From a virus, in the IMG/VR virus record IMGVR_UViG_3300045988_181040, positions 1 to 41,069 of that record: a DNA stretch of 41,069 nt. One strand, given 5' to 3'. Made by a program: the position numbers and the translations under genes. The notes below the pieces were generated by a model. It made no database searches, was not told the origin of the DNA, and saw nothing but the letters and a program-made list of their open reading frames with translations. Positions 35,830 to 41,069 of this stretch are shown here, piece after piece. Position 1 is the stretch's first letter. Each line of letters opens with the position of its first letter.

Positions 35830-37817
35830 TTGGTAAAGCCCTATCTATTTTAATTGCTGGAAAACCGTAAAGCCATATAAACTACAACGCAAGGATGAAA
35901 TAAACCTAAACGTGAATGTTTGAGAATTATATGGATGTTTATGCTAGATGTAATCTTCTAGGTTATAAATGTAAAAATTGGCAATCAGCAGCGAAGCTCC
36001 GAATAGGAGAACGTTCAACGATCAGTGGGTGATGAGTGTAACCCATGTAAGACCACAAGCGATTGGTGGTACGAAACAAATAGACTATTTTAATTAAGCA
36101 AATTTTAGATATATGTATTTTATTAATCACGTTGAAACATACGTGATTTTTTGTTGCGAAAATTTACAAAAAACAAAATTAAAAAAGTGAATAACAGATT
36201 GGAGGTGTCAAATGTTAGTAGAAAATCAATTAGTTGAAGTAAAGTGGTACAGTTCTAATAAAAATTGGTATGAATCAAAGGGATATAAGTTTACAAAGAA
36301 TGGAGACAGTTTTTTAGTTAACGCAGATGAATTAGTATTGTCATCAAAACAAAAAGTTTTTGTAGTTTGTGATATATGTGGAAAAGAAACAAATATGAAT
36401 TATTCTTCTTACATTAATTCTATAAAGAATAATGGAGAATATCATTGTAGAGAATGTTCGAAGGAGATAGGTGCTCAAAAATTAATAGATAAAAACAAGA
36501 AAAAGTATTTTAATTTATTTCTTAATTGGTGTAAGAAAAATAATTATACACCAATCTCTACTATTGACGATTACATAAACTCTTTAAGCGATTTATATTT
36601 TATGTGTAATATACATGGAAAAGGTAAGATAAGTTGTTCAAGAATACAAGGGGGTCAAAAGTCTGGCGGGTGCTGTAAAGGACATACTTTAAGCAATGTC
36701 AAAAGAGAAGATATTGGTTTTGTAAAAGATACTGTAGAAAGTAAAAATAATAATATATTGCTTAATGCAAATGAGTATATAAATGCTCGTAAAAAAAATT
36801 TAAGAATAATATGTGGGTCATGTAACAAGGAATTTGTAGCAAGCTTTGCGTCTATTATTTCAGGCAATGGTATGTGTTTTGATTGTGGAAGGGATATTCA
36901 TAATTGGTCTTCTTATGATTCTATAATTGATAATCGATATAAGAAATATTATGATAGATGTAACGAATTAGGATACTACCCATTAATGACAAAAGACGAC
37001 TTTGGATCAATGAATGCAAAAGGGTATATTCAATTTTTGTGTCCAAATCACGGAGAGGTGAGTCAACTATATAACAATTTTGTTAACGGAGGTTCTATGT
37101 GTAAACATTGCTCTGACGATTTTAGGGCATCAAAATTAAAATATGACTCTGAGTCCATTCTAAGCATAATTGAAAGTAAAAACAAAAATAAATTGGTAGA
37201 TATAAATGAATATAAAAACTCAATTACACCAATCAGTATACAGTGCGGATCTTGCGGGAAAATTTTCAAACAATCACTCTCTAATTACCAAAGAGCAAAT
37301 GTAACTGGAAAATGTCAGGATTGTAATGAAATAAGTATTTCTGAGTATATAATTTCTACAATATTAGATAAATACAATATATCTTATATAAGACAATACA
37401 AATTTGATGATTGTCGAGATAAATTGCCGTTGCCTTTTGATTTTTATCTACATGAATATAATTTATGCATAGAATTTGATGGTCTTCAACACTATAAGCC
37501 AATATGGGGTGAAAATCAATTTTTGACAACAAAGTTACATGACGCCATGAAAGATAATTATTGTCGTTGGAATAATATAAATATGTTAAGAATACCATAT
37601 TGGGAAGATAAAAATTTAGAAACCATTTTAAAAAAACATTTAAGAATAGAAAAAGATGAAATAAATACTGAACGTAATGCGAAACAATTAAAGATAAAAT
37701 ACATACCAAATAGAAAAATAGCTTAATTATATAGAAGATATGATCTCATCTCATATGAAAGTATGAGGAGAGTTACTACTCTCTCACTTATGTAGCGAAT
37801 AAGTGAAAAGATAATTG
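35830..37817 (+). mobile_element. Group I self-splicing intron (IA-like) interrupting the tape measure gene
   Basis: P1 pairs exon GGGGU (35825-35829) with GCCCU (35838-35842), with a U-G wobble at the splice site. aattgctggaaaaccgtaaagcc, aatcagcagcgaagctcc and gttcaacgatcag resemble the P, Q and R core elements. P6 is CTCC/GGAG. There are three 3'-terminal hairpins, then G37817. Splicing restores the frame: ...ALEG-V-NNEAAKAELKRLKAEL... Confidence 0.75.
36212..37726 (+). CDS. Intron-encoded putative homing endonuclease: repeated Zn-ribbon modules plus a C-terminal Vsr/DUF559-like PD-(D/E)XK nuclease domain
   Basis: RBS ttggaggtg. Five CxxC...CxxC-type modules. C-terminal LPLPFDFYLHEYNLCIEFDGLQHY....D..KDNYC...NINMLRIPYWE matches the D...E-x-D-G-x-x-H...D..R...L..G...LR pattern. 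Confidence 0.7.
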   Translation: MLVENQLVEVKWYSSNKNWYESKGYKFTKNGDSFLVNADELVLSSKQKVFVVCDICGKETNMNYSSYINSIKNNGEYHCRECSKEIGAQKLIDKNKKKYFNLFLNWCKKNNYTPISTIDDYINSLSDLYFMCNIHGKGKISCSRIQGGQKSGGCCKGHTLSNVKREDIGFVKDTVESKNNNILLNANEYINARKKNLRIICGSCNKEFVASFASIISGNGMCFDCGRDIHNWSSYDSIIDNRYKKYYDRCNELGYYPLMTKDDFGSMNAKGYIQFLCPNHGEVSQLYNNFVNGGSMCKHCSDDFRASKLKYDSESILSIIESKNKNKLVDINEYKNSITPISIQCGSCGKIFKQSLSNYQRANVTGKCQDCNEISISEYIISTILDKYNISYIRQYKFDDCRDKLPLPFDFYLHEYNLCIEFDGLQHYKPIWGENQFLTTKLHDAMKDNYCRWNNINMLRIPYWEDKNLETILKKHLRIEKDEINTERNAKQLKIKYIPNRKIA

Positions 37818-39231
37818 AAATAACGAAGCAGCAAAAGCTGAATTAAAACGTTTAAAAGCTGAATTGGCAGATGCACAGGATGAATATTCTCAGTTACGTA
37901 AGGATCATGAATATGATGTGCGTCAAAATGGATATGAAGGTTTGAGCGATGATCTAAATGAGCAACTTAATGATACTTTAGAAGAGATTAAGACAAATTC
38001 TGCTAAACAAGAAGAAGTCATATCCAATATGCTTGGAAAAATTGTCGGCATGTATGATAAGGCTTATGACAAAATTCAGCAAATCATCAACAGTACAGGA
38101 TTTGTACCGAATAAGGATTTATCCAATAATCTTGGAAATCTTGGTACAAGTAATGGAGCGCAGAACCAGGTAGACAACAGTATGACTACTGCTCCTAATT
38201 ATAGACCTGATGATTGGACGGACGTGAATACCGGTCAGATTCAGAACGGAACAACACAGGATAAGAATGATCAGATTCAAGGTGATATCAGCAAGAATCC
38301 AGACTTATCCAATAGACCTGTTGCAGAAATTACATTAAGTCCGGGGACACTTTCTATACAGGAAGGTTCTACAGGCACAGTTTCAGCGACAATTAGACCA
38401 AATGATGCAAAGAATAAGAGCTTGCAGTGGGTGTCATCAAATCCAGATGTTGCTACGGTTGCAAATGGAACTGTTCATGCTGTCAAAGCAGGTAGCACTA
38501 CTATTAGTGCAATTGCAACAGATGGTGGAGGTGCTACTTCAACAAATAGTTGTGCAGTAACTGTTACACCAAAACCAGAACCGCCAAAACCAACTACACC
38601 ACCTCAGAATAATAATGGCGGAGGAGATGGAGTACCGAATGTTGGAGATAAAGTAGTATTCGCAAGCGGAGATTACTACTACTCTTCTGACGGTCAGTCC
38701 CCTGCTGGAAATGAAATGCGTGGTCAGGAAGTATATATTACCAGTGTAAATAATGCGAATTGGGCACAGAGGAAATATCATATTAGTAGAACACCTCGTT
38801 TCGGAGAGCGTGACCTTGGTTGGGTAAGTCTTGACCAGTTAAGAGGTTATGCGTCTGGAACAAAGAAATTTGTAAATGGTTCAGAAATTGTTCGTATCAA
38901 TGAAGGAAATAATCCTGAAATGATGGTTAGGCGTGGTGCATTGACAGGAACAGCGACGACGATTACTTATGGTGATGCTGTTGTAAATGCAAGACTGTCA
39001 AAGAACATTATGGATCTTGGTGAACACAAAGATGATATTTATAGTTCACTGAACATTGCTAACAGCCTTGGTGAAAGACCTAATGTAACAAACAATTACT
39101 ATGACAAGATGATAGAAGTTCAAGGAAGTATTGACAAGGAAACCTATCCAGGCATGAAGAAGGTAATTGAAGGAGTCACAAAGGAATTTACCAAAGAAGC
39201 TCATAAACTTGGAATGCATCGGACACTTTAA
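37818..39231 (+). CDS. Tail tape measure protein, exon 2 (coiled coil, Big_2 Ig-like domain, Pro/Thr linker, SH3b-like domain)
   Basis: The frame is open from 37819, with no RBS or ATG (the track uses TTG 37864). The coiled coil continues from exon 1. The Big_2 motif is ITLSPGTLSIQEGSTGTVSATIRPNDAKNKSLQWVSSNPDVATVANGTVHAVKAGSTTI. Confidence 0.8.
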
Positions 39232-39235
39232 AAAT

Positions 39236-39264
39236 AAGCGGTGGGATTTATTATCCTGCCGCTT
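39236..39264 (+). terminator. Hairpin directly after the tape measure stop
   Basis: A 12-bp stem aagcggtgggat / atcctgccgctt (2 G-U pairs) with loop ttatt and only a weak T-run. Confidence 0.45.
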
Positions 39265-39291
39265 GTGATTAAGAGAATATGAATATAGGAG

Positions 39292-39340
39292 AGACTTCTG
39301 TACAGTAGTAAGTGTGATACTGTTGCAGAAGTCTTTTTTT
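39292..39340 (+). terminator. Strong intrinsic terminator
   Basis: agacttctg..cagaagtct stem (39292-39334) followed by ttttttt. Confidence 0.75.
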
Positions 39341-39360
39341 GATAGAAAAGAGGCATTAAC

Positions 39361-39753
39361 GTGAATAAAACATATGTAACAAAAGAAATTATTTCAAGAG
39401 TGGTAGATAGGCTATATCAGCAAGGAGAAAGAATTGAGGTAGGTGGAAATCGACATACATATAAAAGAAAGTATCATTTGAAGTATAGCCAGATTATTGT
39501 GCGAAATGTTTTGAACGCATTTCTTGAAGAAATAGCAGTAGTATTGTCTGAGGGAGATGCTGTGAAAATTACAGGGTATTTTAGATTAGAACCCAAATTA
39601 TATAAAGGATGGGAGCAGAAATTTAAACTTTGCGAGGAGAAACAAACCGTTCCGGATCAGTATAAACCGAAAGTGAAATTATATAAGAGATTAAAAGATG
39701 CATGTAAGTCATTGGTAAAAGAAAATAATAAGATGAACGAAGAGGAGCTGTGA
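39361..39753 (+). CDS. HU/IHF-like DNA-binding protein (with an N-terminal insertion)
   Basis: MNKT..., VRNVLNAFLEEIAVVLSEGDAVKITGYFRLEPKLYKG and ..VPDQYKPKVKLYKRLKDA parallel the HU blocks (..AV.A....I...L..GD.V.L.GFG.F.V..R; .P....P.FK.GK.LKDA). GTG start. Confidence 0.55.
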   Translation: MNKTYVTKEIISRVVDRLYQQGERIEVGGNRHTYKRKYHLKYSQIIVRNVLNAFLEEIAVVLSEGDAVKITGYFRLEPKLYKGWEQKFKLCEEKQTVPDQYKPKVKLYKRLKDACKSLVKENNKMNEEEL

Positions 39754-39754
39754 T

Positions 39755-40729
39755 ATGGGAAGTTTGAAGATATTGGATACAAAAAAGGAAGGAATTGAAC
39801 TGCTGAATCAGCTAGAAACTTTTGTGGAGATAGAATGGGCTCCACATTATTATATTTCTTCAGAAGGAAGACTGGCGAATAATTATAGAAAAAAGAAGTT
39901 TTATATGCATAAACAGACGCTGAATTCACATGGAAAAGTACATTGGAAGATATTTTATGAGGACAAGGCGAACGGAACAGTGATTCAAGAAGATGTAACG
40001 GCAGAAAAACTCGTGGCAAAAACTTTCTTAGAAACGGTTTGTGGAAAGTATAGAATTTATCATATAGACGGAGATTTATCTAACAGCAAGTATAATAATC
40101 TGATGTATGTAGATGACAAAGAATTTTATAAACTATCCGTGCAGCAGATGCATGTGAATGAGTTGGGGCGTGTGCAAGCATATGTTCCATTTTTAAATCA
40201 AAACAGAATGAAAGCAAGGCGGTTGTGGAATGATATGCAGACACGGTGTTATAATGCGAAATATCATAAACGCAGTCCGGAATATGAAGAGTGCAGCATC
40301 TGTCAAGAGTGGTTAGAAGATAAGGAAAAGTTCTTTCAGTGGGTAGAAGAAAATTATTATACGGTCGGAGATGAGCGCATGGATTTAGATAAAGATATTC
40401 TTGTAAAGGGGAATAAAGTATATAGTCCAGATACCTGTGTATTTGTTCCGCACAGTATCAATACATTATTTCTGTCATGCAAAGGAAAGAGAGGAAAATA
40501 TCCAATCGGCGTGTATTATGATTCTGATAAGAAAAAATATTGTGCGAATGTGAATGTAAATAGTGAGTGCATTAAGCTTTCTGTAAAGAACACACCAGAA
40601 GAAGCGTTTGAAGAATACAAACGACATAAAGAGGCAATAATTATAGTGACAGCAGATAAATACAAAAAATATATTCCTAGCAAGGTTTACAATGCGATGC
40701 TCAACTGGAAAGTGGAAATTACAGACTAA
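39755..40729 (+). CDS. Free-standing HNH_3/NUMOD4-like endonuclease fused to an AP2-like DNA-binding domain
   Basis: W...YYISSEGRL.....KLVAKTFL....IYHIDGDLSNSKYNNL is the NUMOD4/HNH_3 pattern. WNDMQTRCYN...IC.EW..F..F..W and IGVYYDSDKKKYCANVNVN...LSVKNTPEEAFEEYK are AP2-like. Confidence 0.6.
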   Translation: MGSLKILDTKKEGIELLNQLETFVEIEWAPHYYISSEGRLANNYRKKKFYMHKQTLNSHGKVHWKIFYEDKANGTVIQEDVTAEKLVAKTFLETVCGKYRIYHIDGDLSNSKYNNLMYVDDKEFYKLSVQQMHVNELGRVQAYVPFLNQNRMKARRLWNDMQTRCYNAKYHKRSPEYEECSICQEWLEDKEKFFQWVEENYYTVGDERMDLDKDILVKGNKVYSPDTCVFVPHSINTLFLSCKGKRGKYPIGVYYDSDKKKYCANVNVNSECIKLSVKNTPEEAFEEYKRHKEAIIIVTADKYKKYIPSKVYNAMLNWKVEITD

Positions 40730-40750
40730 TTATGAAAGGTAAATTTCATT

Positions 40751-40802
40751 CGAACATTTGTTTCTAAAAAGTCTTGAAGTAAACTTTTAGTAATGATATA
40801 CT
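40751..40802 (+). promoter_or_regulatory. Imperfect LexA-like box plus a TTGAAG-17-TATACT promoter reading across the terminal repeat toward the recombinase gene
   Basis: CGAACATTTGTTTC (40751-40764) matches 13 of 14 positions of CGAACRNRYGTTYC. -35 at 40774-40779 and -10 at 40797-40802. Confidence 0.4.
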
Positions 40803-41034
40803 GTATGTGAGTTATGAAAAATATTATTCACGTATAATGATAAACATGACATTTTGAGGCGAAAATAGCTTCATATATATCATAACTGAGAGTTTACTAA
40901 AAAGGGCAAAGAATTCGGGAATAGAGCCGAAAACAAGCGGATTTGTGATGTGGTAAATTCTTTTTTGCTCAACGGATGTTCAGGACGTGTACCACAACTG
41001 GGATGAGTAAGCACACCTTACATAGATTTTAAAT

Positions 41035-41069
41035 AGTGATAATGAAACCATAATAAACATACATTAGAA
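41035..41069. repeat. Right copy of the 35-bp terminal direct repeat
   Basis: Identical to 1..35. Confidence 0.95.

Noticed and set aside
37864-39231. The 455-aa ORF treated as an independent gene starting at TTG 37864.
   Set aside because: It has no RBS. The frame is open upstream to 37819. The sequence continues the TMP coiled coil. A group I intron model joins it in frame to 29081..35829.
1-41069. tRNA, rRNA or tmRNA genes.
   Set aside because: Scanning by eye for T-loop (GTTCRANYC) and acceptor-stem contexts found nothing convincing. This is a weak negative that tRNAscan-SE or Aragorn should confirm.

Overview
The window looks like one complete, AT-rich mobile element of about 41 kb. 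Its two ends carry the same 35-bp sequence (1..35 = 41035..41069), so it is either a circularly closing contig or a DTR/att-bounded element. Almost all genes are on the + strand, and the content mixes plasmid and phage functions.

Gene blocks in order:
- A tyrosine recombinase and an XRE-type repressor (0.2-1.9 kb).
- A cargo block of about 6.5 kb encoding membrane-anchored, secreted or Zn-ribbon proteins (DUF5011-like Ig, YbjQ-like, YHYH + Big_2, lipoprotein).
- An ArdC-like anti-restriction gene and a small HTH gene, embedded in an array of six ATACAC-N9-GTGYAY operators.
- A run of small genes that includes a ParB-N/HNH nuclease.
- Two tandem RelE/ParE-type toxin-antitoxin pairs.
- An HTH protein with a possible MazF/PemK-like C-terminus, divergent from two consensus promoters that carry Cheo-type LexA boxes.
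- A TubR-TubZ (tubulin-like) partition module.
- An SF2 helicase followed by a 0.75-kb repeat- and hairpin-rich non-coding region (ori or structured-RNA candidate).
- BRO-N gene remnants.
- A 1011-aa protein with the DbDGD catalytic block of YonO / eukaryote-type RdRP two-barrel polymerases.
- A giant TP901-type tape measure gene split by a 1988-nt group I intron (modelled splice sites 35829|35830 and 37817|37818). The intron carries a multi-Zn-ribbon + Vsr/DUF559-like nuclease ORF.
- HU-like and HNH/AP2 genes at the right end.

I could not recognise a terminase, portal, major capsid, tail tube or baseplate gene. The element therefore does not look like an autonomous tailed phage, despite a spliced tape measure of about 2720 aa.

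All functional calls come from motifs read by eye and remembered family signatures. No searches were run, and the Firmicutes/Clostridia-like host assignment is an inference.
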